A stretch of 64,000 nt of DNA from contig OZ037836.1 of the NCBI GenBank assembly GCA_964035575.1, positions 1,364,001 through 1,428,000 of the forward strand, read 5' to 3'. Origin of the DNA: Rhynchopus sp. YZ270_cl-10. Lineage: Eukaryota. A program made the translations under genes and the position numbers. Positions within the stretch are counted from its first letter, which is position 1, and each line of letters starts with the position of its first letter. This document shows, in pieces, positions 46,201-58,991 of this stretch. Below the pieces are notes generated by a model. The model did not search any database. It was given only the letters and a program-made list of their open reading frames with translations, and was not told the DNA's origin.

Positions 46201-49200
46201 CAGCGCGTTTGGCTCGAGAGCGTCGCTTTTTAGAGAAACAGCGCGTTTGGATCGAGAGCGTTGCTTTTTAGAGAAACAGCGCGTTTGGCTCGAGAGCGTC
46301 GCTTTTCAGAGAAACAGCGCGTTTGGATCGAGAGCGTCGCTTTTTAGAGAAACAGCGCGTTTGGATCGAGAGCGTCGCTTTTCAGAGAAACAGCGCGTTT
46401 GGATCGAGAGCGTCGCTTTTTAGAGAAACAGCGCGTTTGGCTCGAGAGCGTCGCTTTTCAGAGAAACAGCGCGTTTGGCTCGAGAGCGTCGCTTTTCAGA
46501 GAAACAGCGCGTTTGGCTCGAGAGCGTCGCTTTTTAGAGAAACAGCGCGTTTGGATCGAGAGCGTTGCTTTTTAGAGAAACAGCGCGTTTGGCTCGAGAG
46601 CGTCGCTTTTCAGAGAAACAGCGCGTTTGGCTCGAGAGCGTCGCTTTTTAGAGAAACAGCGCGTTTGGATCGAGAGCGTTGCTTTTCAGAGAAACAGCGC
46701 GTTTTGCTCGAAAGCGTCGCTTTTTAGAGAAACAGCGCGTTTGGCTCGAGAGCGTCGCTTTTTAGAGAAACAGCGCGTTTGGATCGAAAGCGTTGCTTTT
46801 CAGAGAAACGGCGCGTTTGGATCGAGAGCGTCGCTTTTCAGAGAAACAGCGCGTTTGGATCGAACGCGTCGCTTTTCAGAGAAACAGCGCGTTTGGATGG
46901 AAAGCGTCGCTTTTCAGAGAAACAGCGCGTTTGGATCGAAAGCGTCGCTTTTCAGAGAAACAGCGCGTTTGGATCGAACGCGTCGCTTTTCAGAGAAACA
47001 GCGCGTTTGGATCGAACGCGTCGCTTTTCAGAGAAACAGCGCGTTTGGATCGAAAGCGTCGCTTTTCAGAGAAACAGCGCGTTTGGATCGAACGCGTCGC
47101 TTTTCAGAGAAACAGCACGTTTGGATCGAACGCGTCGCTTTTCAGAGAAACAGCGCGTTTGGATGGAAAGCGTCGCTTTTCAGAGAAACAGCGCGTTTGG
47201 ATCGAACGCGTCGCTTTTCAGAGAAACAGCGCGTTTGGATCGAAAGCGTCGCTTTTCAGAGAAACAGCGCGTTTGGATCGAACGCGTCGCTTTTCAGAGA
47301 AACAGCGCTTTTGGATCGAAAGCGTCGCTTTTCAGAGAAACAGCGCGTTTGGATCGAAAGCGTCGCTTTTTAGAGAAACAGCACGTTTGGATCGAACGCG
47401 TCGCTTTTCAGAGAAACAGCGCGTTTGGATCGAAAGCGTCGCTTTTTAGAGAAACAGCACGTTTGGATCGAACGCGTCGCTTTTTAGAGAAACAGCGCGT
47501 TTGGATAGAACGCGTCGCTTTTTAGAGAAACAGCGCGTTTGGATAGAAAGCGTCGCTTTTCAGAGAAACAGCGCGTTTGGATCGAAAGCGTCGCTTTTTA
47601 GAGAAACAGCGCGTTTGGATAGAACGCGTCGCTTTTTAGAGAAACAGCGCGTTTGGATCGAGAGCGCCGCTTTTCAGAGAAACAGCGCGTTTGGATCGAA
47701 AGCGTCGCTTTTCAGAGAAACAGCGCGTTTGGATCGAACGCGTCGCTTTTCAGAGAAACAGCGCGTTTGGATCGAAAGCGTCGCTTTTCAGAGAAACAGC
47801 GCGTTTGGATCGAAAGCGTCGCTTTTCAGAGAAACAGCGCGTTTGGATCGAACGCGTCGCTTTTCAGAGAAACAGCGCGTTTGGATCGAGAGCGTCGCTT
47901 TTCAGAGAAACAGCGCGTTTGGATCGAAAGCGTCGCTTTTCAGAGAAACAGCGCGTTTGGATCGAACGCGTCGCTTTTCAGAGAAACAGCGCGTTTGGAT
48001 CGAGAGCGTCGCTTTTCAGAGAAACAGCACGTTTGGATCGAACGCGTCGTTTTTCAGAGAAACAGCGCGTTTGGATCGAGAGCGTCGCTTTTCAGAGAAA
48101 CAGCGCGTTTGGATCGAAAGCGTCGCTTTTCAGAGAAACAGCGCGTTTGGATCGAAAGCGTCGCTTTTCAGAGAAACAGCACGTTTGGATCGAACGCGTC
48201 GCTTTTCAGAGAAACAGCACGTTTGGATCGAACGCGTCGCTTTTCAGAGAAACAGCGCGTTTGGATCGAGAGCGTCGCTTTTCAGAGAAACAGCGCGTTT
48301 GGATCGAAAGCGTCGCTTTTCAGAGAAACAGCGCGTTTGGATCGAGAGCGTCGCTTTTCAGAGAAACAGCGCGTTTGGATAGAGAGCGTCGCTTTTCAGA
48401 GAAACAGCGCGTTTGGATCGAAAGCGTCGCTTTTCAGAGAAACAGCGCGTTTGGATGGAAAGCGTCGCTTTTTAGAGAAACAGCGCGTTTGGATCGAGAG
48501 CGTCGCTTTTCAGAGAAACAGCGCTTTTGGATCGAAAGCGTCCCTTTTCAGAGAAACAGCGCGTTTGGATCGAAAGCGTTGCTTTTCAGAGAAACAGCGC
48601 GTTTGGATGGAAAGCGTCGCTTTTTAGAGAAACAGCGCGTTTGGATCGAAAGCGTTGCTTTTCAGAGAAACAGCGCGTTTGGATGGAAAGCGTCGCTTTT
48701 TAGAGAAACAGCGCGTTTGGATCGAAAGCGTTGCTTTTCAGAGAAACAGCGCTTTTGGATCGAAAGCGTCGCTTTTCAGAGAAACAGCGCGTTTGGATGG
48801 AAAGCGTCGCTTTTTAGAGAAACAGCGCTTTTGGATCGAAAGCGTCGCTTTTCAGAGAAACAGCGCGTTTGGATCGAAAGCGTTGCTTTTCAGAGAAACA
48901 GCGCTTTTGGATCGAAAGCGTTGCTTTTCAGAGAAACAGCGCGTTTGGATCGAAAGCGTCGCTTTTCAGAGAAACAGCGCGTTTGGATCGAAAGCGTTGC
49001 TTTTCAGAGAAACAGCGCGTTTGGATCGAAAGCGTTGCTTTTCAGAGAAACAGCGCGTTTGGATCGAAAGCGTTGCTTTTCAGAGAAACAGCGCGTTTGG
49101 ATCGAAAGCGTCGCTTTTCAGAGAAACAGCGCGTTTGGATCGAAAGCGTCGCTTTTTAGAGAAACAGCGCGTTTGGATCGAAAGCGTCGCTTTTCAGAGA

Positions 49201-49920
49201 AACAGCGCGTTTGGATCGAAAGCGTTGCTTTTCAGAGAAACAGCGCGTTTGGATCGAAAGCGTTGCTTTTCAGAGAAACAGCGCGTTTGGATCGAAAGCG
49301 TCGCTTTTCAGAGAAACAGCGCGTTTGGATGGAACGCGTCGCTTTTCAGAGAAAGAGCGCGTTTGGATCGAAAGCGTCGCTTTTCAGAGAAACGGCGAGT
49401 TTGGATGGAAAGCGTCGCTTTTTAGAGAAACACCGCGTTTGGATCGAAAGCGTCGCTTTTTAGAGAAACAGCGCGTTTGGATCGAGAGCGTCGCTTTTCA
49501 GAGAAACAGCGCGTTTGGATCGAAAGCGTCGCTTTTCAGAGAAACGGCGCGTTTGGATGTAAAGCGTCGCTTTTTAGAGAAACACGCGTTTGGATCGAAA
49601 GCGTCGCTTTTTAGAGAAACAGCGCGTTTGGATCGAGAGCGTCGCTTTTCAGAGAAACAGCGCGTTTGGATCGAAAGCGTCGCTTTTTAGAGAAACACCG
49701 CGTTTGGATCGAAAGCGTCGCTTTTCAGAGAAACAGCGCGTTTGGATCGAAAGCGTCGCTTTTTAGAGAAACACCGCGTTTGGATCGAAAGCGTCGCTTT
49801 TCAGAGAAACAGCGCGTTTGGATCGAAAGCGTTGCTTTTCAGAGAAACGGCGCGTTTGGATCGAAAGCGTCGCTTTTCAGAGAAACAGGGCGTTTGGATC
49901 GAGAGCGTCGCTTTTCAGAG
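40205..49920 (+). repeat. 38-bp tandem satellite, ~255 copies
   Basis: Consensus TTTTCAGAGAAACAGCGCGTTTGGATCGAAAGCGTCGC; degenerate at both edges; one interruption at ~42245-42320. Confidence 0.98.
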
Positions 49921-50640
49921 ATGAGTCGTGTTTGGATTGATAGTGTGGCTTTTGCCAGAATTGTGGAGAATGGTACCGGGGGACTGAGTGTTTGTTGTTT
50001 TTGCAGCAGTAAAGTACCCGTGTTTGGATTCGTAGGTGGCTTGGGCTCTGATTTGATTTGTTATTGTCATGGACAAAGTTTATGTTCGTGTGCGATGTGA
50101 GAGTATTTGTTTTAATTTCCGTTTCATTAATAATTGTTTATTTGGGTTTTGTTCGATTACTGGGACTGTTGACGTAGGTGGCGTGTTTGGTGTACTACCC
50201 TATCAATTTTCGTTTTGCCAGGAGCCTATGGTTTGTTGGCTTTGTTGTGCAGTTGTGCGGGAGTGTGAGAAATGTTTGTACACTCAGTAATTTCACCAAC
50301 GTATCGCTTCGACACTTCACGGGAGACCGCAGTAATGATACATGTACAGTATGGAACTACGAAGACTCACCGGATGTGGACACTGGAGGGACTACTCAGT
50401 ATTTGTTCTGCTGATTCAAGAGTAGTTTGTCGTGACCGATACAGTGCGCGACTCCTTTTGATACTATCCCAACAGCCCCAACACGACATTGTGCCTGAAA
50501 TTCTAGGGTTTATTGTCTCTTTTATCAAAACACACCCCCACCCGGCACCACCCCTCCCTGCACCACCCCACCTCCTCCTCACCCCCCTCCGCATGTCTGC
50601 ACCGTCACTCCCACACACCCCTATAGGGTAAGAGAACACG

Positions 50641-52677
50641 ATGGACGAGGGAGCCGGGTCGCGCCGGCGGTTGCCTGTTTTAGGTTGCAACCCAACTGCG
50701 GCACTTGCGTATTTGGACTACCGTTCTCTTGGGGTGCGTGCGCAGGCGGCTCTGCGGGCAGCATGCGACGGAGGAGGTATTGCCGAGGGGTGTTTGCCGG
50801 TGGTCCACTTTTGCGGCAGGTGCACACAGGTGTCTGGCAGTCTTCTGCCTAATGACATCACGCTCATCGTCACGAACACTGCGATTCTTCGCCTGAACAA
50901 GGAAGGCAGCATTTCACGCTGCATTCCCATCTCGGACATATCAGAGCTCATTATATCCGACGACTACTGGGTAGGCCTCAAGGTACCGGCACACTACGAC
51001 ATGCTCATACGCCCCGCCGCACCAAAGGACGCCAGAGACCTCACCGACGTTGTCTGTAAGGTGCGATCCACCCTCGGGGTAGATGCCCTCGCTGTCCGCT
51101 CCGTCAAACACCAGCAGACCCACATCAAATCCTTGCTCAACATGAAGAAGCCACGCCGCTATAAAAGCCCGGTTTCGGTCATCGCTACTGAAGAAATCTC
51201 TTTTTTGACGAAGGTGGTTGACTCTGGGTTGAACCCTATCTCGCCGCTCTCTCCTTTATCACCAATGTCGCCGGGATTTCGTCGGGCGTCAAGCCCTGCG
51301 TCACCAGCCTTGAGTAGGACAGTCTCGAGTGGTGGGGATTCAAGCCGTGCGCAGGAAAGTCTCTCAGAGGCCAGCAGTGGTGTTGCCGTAACGATGGTGC
51401 TTTCCCCGCGCGACCAGGTTGCAAGCAGGAGAGAGAAGGGTGCCAGCCCTGCGTATGGCACTGCGAACAGCAGTGCCCCGCTGCCCAGCATGCCCGGCAG
51501 CAATACTGTGCATGACAGCAACAACAACAGCGCCCCCCTTCACAGCGTGCCCCTTCACGACAGCACACCGCTTAGCAACGACAGCACTTCCAACACACCC
51601 CTCGCTAACAACGCCCCCCTTCACAACGCACACAGCAGCAGCAACAGCGCACACGACAACAACACCAGCACACCTCTCAGCAACAACAGCGGCCCCCTTC
51701 ACAACGCACACAGCAGCACCACCAGCACACCTCTCCACAGCACGACACCCGCCATCCCCGAGGCAGCAGTGCGTGTCCCCCACACACCAACACACCCCAC
51801 GGACACTGCACTCGAGCGCTGCTTCTACAGTATGCCACACACACCCTCTGGCTGCGTCACGCAGGCAGCGCTGCTGAAGGGTCTCAACGGTGCGCATGGT
51901 GTGCCTGCCCTCTCGCAGGTGACACACCTCTCTGCCGAGACGCTGCAGAAGCACTGCAACGCACTGCAGGTCGGCGAGGAGGCAAGCTATGCACAGTTCT
52001 GTTCTCTGGTCGGATGCCTTGCTGGGACGGCGACGTCGTTGCTGGGGTCGCCACAGAGACAGAGCGCCTTTGAGGTGGCGTTGCTGCAGAAGGTGGAGGG
52101 GCTGGAGTCGGCGCTGTCCGCATCGCGTACGGATCTTGCGGCGCTGTCGTCGCAGGTACGTCTGCGGGAGGTGGCAGGAGGGGACGCAGATGCGGTGCAA
52201 GAGAAGCCTACCGAGGAGGCGGCCCGCATGCACGCATTCCTGACAAAGGTTGCCTGCCCGCCCACGGAGTGCCCCCCGATACCACCCCCGGCCCGGCTCA
52301 GCGCTCTCCAGGTCGTTCTCGTTGACACCCAGTTTGCCCGCCACCGCCACCTCCAGCGTCTTCTCGCTGCCCGCGGTGTCACCCAGGTGCGTTCCTGTGT
52401 TACGCTTGCAGACGCGTTGCGTTCCCTCGCAGGAGTGCATGTGGTTCTTCTTGCCCAGACTGTGTTGACCACCCAAGGGGTGCCAAGTGTCTGCCGCCAG
52501 GTCCGTTCCCAGCCGGCCCGGCCACTGCTAGTAGGGGTGGAGAACACCTTTGGTGGGGAGGTGGGTGCGGGAGCTGGGGACGTGGAGGGGGGTGTGACGA
52601 TGCAGTGCTTCCCGTTTTTGGACCATGTCTGCTCGGCAGTGACGCTGCCGGCATTGGTGGAATCGTTATGTGTGTAG
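50641..52677 (+). CDS. 678-aa protein: PH/myosin-TH1-like domain, Ser/Asn/His low-complexity linker, coiled coil, C-terminal receiver-like domain
   Basis: LIVTNTAILRLNKEGSISRCIPISDISELIISDDYWVGLKVPAHYDMLIR resembles a TH1/PH fold; LQKVEGLESALSASRTDLAALSSQV coiled coil; LQVVLVDTQ...LQRLLAARGVTQV...ALRSL...VVLLA CheY-like pattern. Confidence 0.75.
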   Translation: MDEGAGSRRRLPVLGCNPTAALAYLDYRSLGVRAQAALRAACDGGGIAEGCLPVVHFCGRCTQVSGSLLPNDITLIVTNTAILRLNKEGSISRCIPISDISELIISDDYWVGLKVPAHYDMLIRPAAPKDARDLTDVVCKVRSTLGVDALAVRSVKHQQTHIKSLLNMKKPRRYKSPVSVIATEEISFLTKVVDSGLNPISPLSPLSPMSPGFRRASSPASPALSRTVSSGGDSSRAQESLSEASSGVAVTMVLSPRDQVASRREKGASPAYGTANSSAPLPSMPGSNTVHDSNNNSAPLHSVPLHDSTPLSNDSTSNTPLANNAPLHNAHSSSNSAHDNNTSTPLSNNSGPLHNAHSSTTSTPLHSTTPAIPEAAVRVPHTPTHPTDTALERCFYSMPHTPSGCVTQAALLKGLNGAHGVPALSQVTHLSAETLQKHCNALQVGEEASYAQFCSLVGCLAGTATSLLGSPQRQSAFEVALLQKVEGLESALSASRTDLAALSSQVRLREVAGGDADAVQEKPTEEAARMHAFLTKVACPPTECPPIPPPARLSALQVVLVDTQFARHRHLQRLLAARGVTQVRSCVTLADALRSLAGVHVVLLAQTVLTTQGVPSVCRQVRSQPARPLLVGVENTFGGEVGAGAGDVEGGVTMQCFPFLDHVCSAVTLPALVESLCV

Positions 52678-53522
52678 GGGAGAGAGAGAGGAGGGAGGGG
52701 AGGGAGGGGAGGGAGGGGAGGGGTAATTTTGTTGCATTAGTTGGTGATGAAGTATGAGATTCATCCCAGAAACCTTTTTTTTTTTTAAATCAGATGTAAA
52801 CCACGAAATGGATGTAAGACCACATGGTTGGGAGTACACCCCACGGTGCACCGGTCATGTACCAAGGTACACTGTCACGAAATGTTTTTTTTTTTTGCGC
52901 ACACTACTTTGTGCGGAAAGTGTCACGTCGTTCACTCACCCAACCGTGCTCCGCAACACCACCACCCAACAGGTGATTTTTAGTGTGTGTGGAAGCGTCA
53001 ACGCATCAAACAACTACAAGAAGGGGGGTGAGGGAACGACAAGTGACACTTTTTGAGATATATGGGGGTGAGGAAGCGTTTCAAGTTTTCAATCTCTCTC
53101 CCCCATTTTTCTATTCGTGATTTTTCCTCCCCCCCCCCCCGTTTTTAGAATCAACAGAGTGTGTACGTTAAGATTTTTTTTTTTTTTTTTTTTTTTGTAT
53201 TGCAAGTCAAATTATTTTTATTGGACGCAAGAAAGAGAGAGAGAGAGAGAGAAAGAGGGAGGTCTATAGAATATGATCTGTGGTGTGATGTGTGTGTGTA
53301 GGACGACCTTCAAATTTGTTCAAAACTAATCCATAAAAAAGGAAGGGAGTGGGAGGGGTACCGTTTTGTTGTATTACGTACGGGGGAAGAGAGAGGTAGG
53401 GAAACCAAAAAATGCAAAAATTTCCTGAAAATTTGTGTGTTTTTGTTGTTGTGAGTTTCCGTGCCGTCTTTCCCCTTCCATCCTTGTCGAAGCAAGTGGA
53501 GAAAAGTGAATCTATTGATATA

Positions 53523-54026
53523 CCGTCTTTTGAAAAATTATGGACCAGAAAAATAGGTCCATAAAAAAAAAAAATCCCAAAAAGTCCATAATTGTTCTGG
53601 TCCATCATTGTTCTGGTCCATGTTATTTCTGGTCCATCTGTGTTAGGCTTTTTTTTTTTGAACTTGTCCATTTTCAGACCCATTCCGAGCTTTCGGTACC
53701 GCACGTTGGCGGGGCATCTCGGCTCATATGTGGCCCGGTAGACCCATTCCGAGCTTTCGGTACCGCACGTTGGCGGGGCATCTCGGCTTATCTGTGGGCC
53801 CGGTAGACCCATTCCGAGCTTTCTCCCCACACAAGCGGTCGTCGCACGCGCTTCGCGCGCGCGACTCCCTGTCAAAATTCTGGACAAGTACAAAAAAACC
53901 CCACACATATGTCGGACCAGAAAAATAGGTCCATAAAAAAAAAAAATCCCAAAAGGTCCATAATTGTTCTGGTCCATCATTATTCTGGTCCATGTTATTT
54001 CTGGTCCATATTTTTTCAAAAGACGG
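53523..54026. mobile_element. Tc1/mariner/pogo-type MITE
   Basis: TA|CCGTCTTTTGAAAAAWTATGGACCAGAAA TIRs with TA on both sides; internal ~95-bp and ~65-bp direct repeats. Confidence 0.8.
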
Positions 54027-54922
54027 TATTGCAAAGAGGTTCAAGCCCTAATCATTTTATCAAACCATTGATCATGTAATCATTCTCCTAGACCTCCCAA
54101 GACGCAGCAAAGCTGCTTAGCTAGCTACTAAAAGAGAGAGAGAGAGAGAGAGAGCGATGTGTTGTACTATCGTGCATCAAGCGTTGGGTACCGAATAGGG
54201 GTACTGTAATGTAATATCACAGCCCTTCAGCAGAAGGTGGGTTGCCGGCTGACGAGCGGTTGCCCTCGTTTACGTGGCTCATCCATTCTTTTCATTCTTT
54301 ATTTTTTTAAATTGTTATTTGTATCAGGGCATTATATAGGTTTTGGGGGTTTTCGCTGAAACTCGGTCAAACTCGGTCCCCACCTTAACTCAAGTTGGGG
54401 GCCTCCGGCGGAATGTGAGAATTCCTCGGAGTTCGGCACTTCATTTATATTTGTGCCAGGCACACGTGGTACACGAATTATCAGTACATTCACAAAAGAA
54501 ACGGCGGTCATGATGGCACCCAAGCGAAGCCACGGTACGCAACATTTCTAAAAAATGTTGACATAAATGTCACTGTCGTTGGTAATTATCGTCAGTTTCC
54601 GTAAATTTTACTTCCATATTTTGCTGAAACAAAAGTTTCTGGCGAAGCCACGGTACGCAACATTTCAAAAATTGCGTAGAAGGGTGGCTTCAAGCTTGCG
54701 CCGCAGGCGCACGGTACGCTACTTTTTTATTTTCGTCGTGCTGCATGCTTCGTTTTCCTTCGGCGTTTGACCAATCGAGTCGCGTTCTGGCTGTGACGGG
54801 GTCACTTTGTTCATGAGGCCATTTCTGGTCACTCTCAGAGGCTCGTGTGAGGTACCAAAGAAACCGATTTTTTCCCCCAAGATTTATCATTTTTTTTTTT
54901 TTTTTTTTTATTTGGCCTGACC

Positions 54923-55647
54923 CAGGGCAGGAGCTTGGAATATGGGTTTGGGGTAAAATCGGGTCAAATTCTGTTAAATCGGGTCAGGTCCCGAGCTTTT
55001 CCGCCTTCGGCGGAAAAGCTCTTGTGAAGACAAACACATGCAGAATGAGAAGGCGCGTTTCACAAAATGGTACACGTTGATGATACACAAGTGTTGCACC
55101 ATCCCCGCGGAATGCATGTTGCCCTTGACACTGGCGATGATGTCATCAAGGTAGGGTTGCGCAATGGAGGTGTGGAATGTGTGTGTAGGCCCTCGCCAGT
55201 TCAGGTACTCTCTCTGGGCAGGTGTCCCCTTCGAGCAAACGTCGGAGGGCGTTCCGTACCCCCGGCAACACTTGTCACTGTCTGAGCCCCTCTTTTGGTG
55301 TGTCACCCAGCGAGTTGATCCAATATCTGGATCGTCAGCTCGCGCCAGTAACCAACGGCTAGGTCGAGTTCGGCATCCCTCTTGGGTTCGGGTTTGATCG
55401 GGGTGGAACGCGCGTTTGAGGGCATTCTGGCTTCATTGAGCTTCGTGCTCGTCGCGGTGGGGTCACATAGTAGTTCCCCATCCTTCTCAGACCCCCTCAT
55501 GCGACAAGTAGAGTACCCTATTTTTTGGATTTTTCCCCTCAAAAATCTATAGTTTTTTTTTTTTTTTTGCCCTGACCCGTTTTTTTCCATGGGGCCGAAG
55601 GAAATCGGGTCAATCTGACCCGATTTAACCCCCAAGCTCCTCCCCTG
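54923..55647. mobile_element. Non-autonomous hAT-type element (725 bp)
   Basis: 8-bp TSD GCCTGACC (54915-54922, 55648-55655); TIR CAGGGCAGGAGCTTGG / CAGGGGAGGAGCTTGG. Confidence 0.85.
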
Positions 55648-56258
55648 GCCTGACCGAGTTTTAGTTAAGGCTTGCTGTAAACTCGGTCAGGCTGACCGAG
55701 TTTTACCCCACTATATAATCCCCTGATTTGTATCATTCCTTTAAAATGAACTCTGTTGCGTGCGTGTTGCATCCCTGCAGGGTAAGAAGCGAATCCACAC
55801 TTTCATGAAGCAAATATTGTTTTGTTTGTTTGTTTGTTTGTTTGTTTGTTTGTTTGTTTGTTGTTGTTGTTTTTTTTTTTTTTTTTTTGAAAACTTGGTT
55901 GTATTAGTGTAGCCACCCTAGAGTGTGCTCCACTATTTTTTTTTTTTTTTTTGGCACAAAAAAAAAAATTGGTGGCTGAGAGAGAACAGCTCCCACTCAC
56001 CACAGAGGTGCGCCCCTGACTGATTCCCCCCCTTCCCCCCCTTCCCTTTTCTTTCCCCCAAATTTCCCCCATCATAAATACCCATTCAAAACCCCCCATT
56101 TTTTTTAGGTGACTAGACACGTGAAACTTAAGTTATTGTGGTGTTCGTGATTCTATCCCAAAAGAAAGCGCTGAATGTGCTACGAAATAACGTGAGGGGG
56201 TCACAAAATACCACAGTCTTCTGGTGACTTTTTTTTTGTCGAACAACAACAACTGGAA

Positions 56259-56294
<36 letters not shown>

Positions 56295-56504
56295 GATTGG
56301 AGTTCATCTTCGGGTGTCTACACTAAAACAACTAAATTTTCAAAAATAGGCTATCCATTGAATTGGTTATGCTATTCGCGAGCTGCCTTCTCTCAAGAAT
56401 AATGGGGTGGAGAGGTGGCCAAGCAGCAAAGAGGCTTGGATCATCTTGGGGGAAAAAAAAAAGGCATTTCTCCCCCCCCATCCAGCTGCGTCGTTTGCGT
56501 GAAA

Positions 56505-56564
<60 letters not shown>

Positions 56565-56832
56565 CATTTATTTGTGCGATGCATCTGAGGAAAAAAAAGT
56601 GTTCTCCCAGATGTGTTCTCCCTCCCCCCGCTATGAGAGCTCTTATCGCGGATGCTAGTAAATAGGGGAAATGTACACCACCGCCCCACTTCATAACAAC
56701 CCATTCGAACACCCCACCCCAGGGTCCCACCATAAAAACCCACCTTGCATCACTGCCCCTTCCTCCACTCGTTTCGATGCAAAGTCAAATTTTTCCACGA
56801 TTCTGTATTTCCCCCCCCCCCCCCCCCCCATA

Positions 56833-58020
56833 GGGGATACGACTCCAGCCATTTTGGCTGGGACCAAACGCACGGAAAATTCATTTGGCATTATCTGGTC
56901 ATCTCCAAGGCAACTGCGGGTGAAAAACACCCTCAGAGTGGGTCACAGGGGGCCTGTGGGTCGAAAAACGACCCAGAAGCCACCCCAGAATACAAAAAAA
57001 TGGAAAAAAATAGTGAAAAAACGGCTTTTTTCACGTTTTGGCCACTTTGGGCAAAATAGCGATTTTTCGAGAAAAAAATCAAAAACCGGGATATTTTTTG
57101 ACATCACAAAGCCTCCTTTGGCACAAATATACCCCAAAAGTGGCCTGTGAGTCCATTCCAACCTGTTTTGGACATATTTGACACTTTTGGAAGTGTTTTT
57201 TTGGTGTTTTTAGGTCAAAAAAATGCCCAAGACGTCCCCAAGACATCCCCAAGACACTTTGCACACCCCCTGTTACGGTCATATTTTTTTCGTTTTTTTG
57301 CCTGAAACCCCCAAAATACCCCTCCCGGACCCCACATAGTCCCGAATATCCATCACACACCCACTCAGAGTGAGTAGAAGCACCCCAAAAAAAATATTTT
57401 TTAAAGCCCTTCAACTTCAACATGGATGCTGCCGAAACTGAAGCACAATTTTAGGGCTTTAAAAAATATTTTTTTTGGGGTGCTTCTACTCACTCTGAGT
57501 GGGTGTGTGATGGATATTCGGGACTATGTGGGGTCCGGGAGGGGTATTTTGGGGGTTTCAGGCAAAAAAACGAAAAAAATATGACCGTAACAGGGGGTGT
57601 GCAAAGTGTCTTGGGGATGTCTTGGGGACGTCTTGGGCATTTTTTTGACCTAAAAACACCAAAAAAACACTTCCAAAAGTGTCAAATATGTCCAAAACAG
57701 GTTGGAATGGACTCACAGGCCACTTTTGGGGTATATTTGTGCCAAAGGAGGCTTTGTGATGTCAAAAAATATCCCGGTTTTTGATTTTTTTCTCGAAAAA
57801 TCGCTATTTTGCCCAAAGTGGCCAAAACGTGAAAAAAGCCGTTTTTTCACTATTTTTTTCCATTTTTTTGTATTCTGGGGTGGCTTCTGGGTCGTTTTTC
57901 GACCCACAGGCCCCCTGTGACCCACTCTGAGGGTGTTTTTCACCCGCAGTTGCCTTGGAGATGACCAGATAATGCCAAATGAATTTTCCGTGCGCAAAAA
58001 ATGGCTGGAGTCGTACCCCC
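56833..58020. mobile_element. Foldback-like element / large palindrome
   Basis: ~542-bp inverted arms 56869-57410 and 57453-57994, 42-bp spacer, outer imperfect TIR GGGG(A)TACGACTCCAGCCATTTT. Confidence 0.8.
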
Positions 58021-58991
58021 TTCCCCCCCCCCAGGCTTATTTGTGTATCTATCTTAGAAAAAAGATCTTTTTGTATACGCGAAGACGATTGATTCTTGTG
58101 CTCCGGGGTGGGGTGTGATCTGGGGGTGGGAGGAAGCGTTCAATAATTCAAAATCTTCCCCCGCTTTTCCCCTTTTTCACGATTTACTCCGCCCCCCCGT
58201 TTTAGAATCAACAGAGCGTGTAAATTTACGTTCAGATTTTCCGTGTTTTTTTTTTTTTTTTTTGCCGTGCACCACAGGGTGTTTCCTAATTTGCTTCCGC
58301 TTCCGGGGATTTGGAAAAAATTGGCCAGGGAAAAAATTTTCGGGAAAAAATTGGGGACGTGTTTAAAGTGCTTATGTTTTGGTATTTTCCCGAAAAAAGT
58401 TTGTTCGCTGTTCTGGATCGCTCCAATCATTCAAATAAAGCAGTTTTCGGGAATTTTTATTTTCACCGATGTTGGGTACCGTGCGCCTGCGGCGCTGCCT
58501 GTTTCTACAGGCAAACACTTGGCCCCCTTTACCTTACACTGACGGGTTTTGACCAAAACCAAGGACTTGTCCATTTCGTCAAATTGACCCCACCACAGCG
58601 CGGACGGATTCCGGAAATGCAAATGCCGGTGTTTTCGGGCATTTTCATGTTTTCAGGATCAGGGAGAGAAAATCTGGGTTGTGGGATTTACCTGGTCCCC
58701 TTTACCTTACACTCATTTTGACCAACACCAAGAACTTGGCCATTTCGGCAAATTGACCCCACCACAGCGCGGACGGATTCCGGAAATGCCATTCGCGGTG
58801 TGTTTTGGGCCTGAAAACCTACCGTTTCTTCAGGGAAAAAATTTGCTTCCGGATGTCGAAATTTTCCGGAAAAGTTCCGAAATTAGGAAACACCCTGGTG
58901 CACCACCAGGCCCCAGCCTAACCATCGACCCATCAACCCATGTTTTTGGCCTGTTTTTTTTTTTTTTTTCCATCGACCCATCCAGGGATTT

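Noticed and set aside
40205..49920. CRISPR array (repeat length 38 bp, dyad symmetry)
   Set aside because: Monomers are contiguous with no unique spacers, no cas genes are present, and the context is eukaryotic.
40156..50100. Many long plus-strand ORFs (FRETARLDRKRRFSEKQRVWIESVAF...)
   Set aside because: By-product of a stop-poor 38-bp satellite read in all three frames.
50593..50683. Upstream mini-exon (ATG 50593, GTAAGA donor, TTTTAG acceptor) for the 678-aa gene
   Set aside because: That splice would be out of frame with the main ORF.
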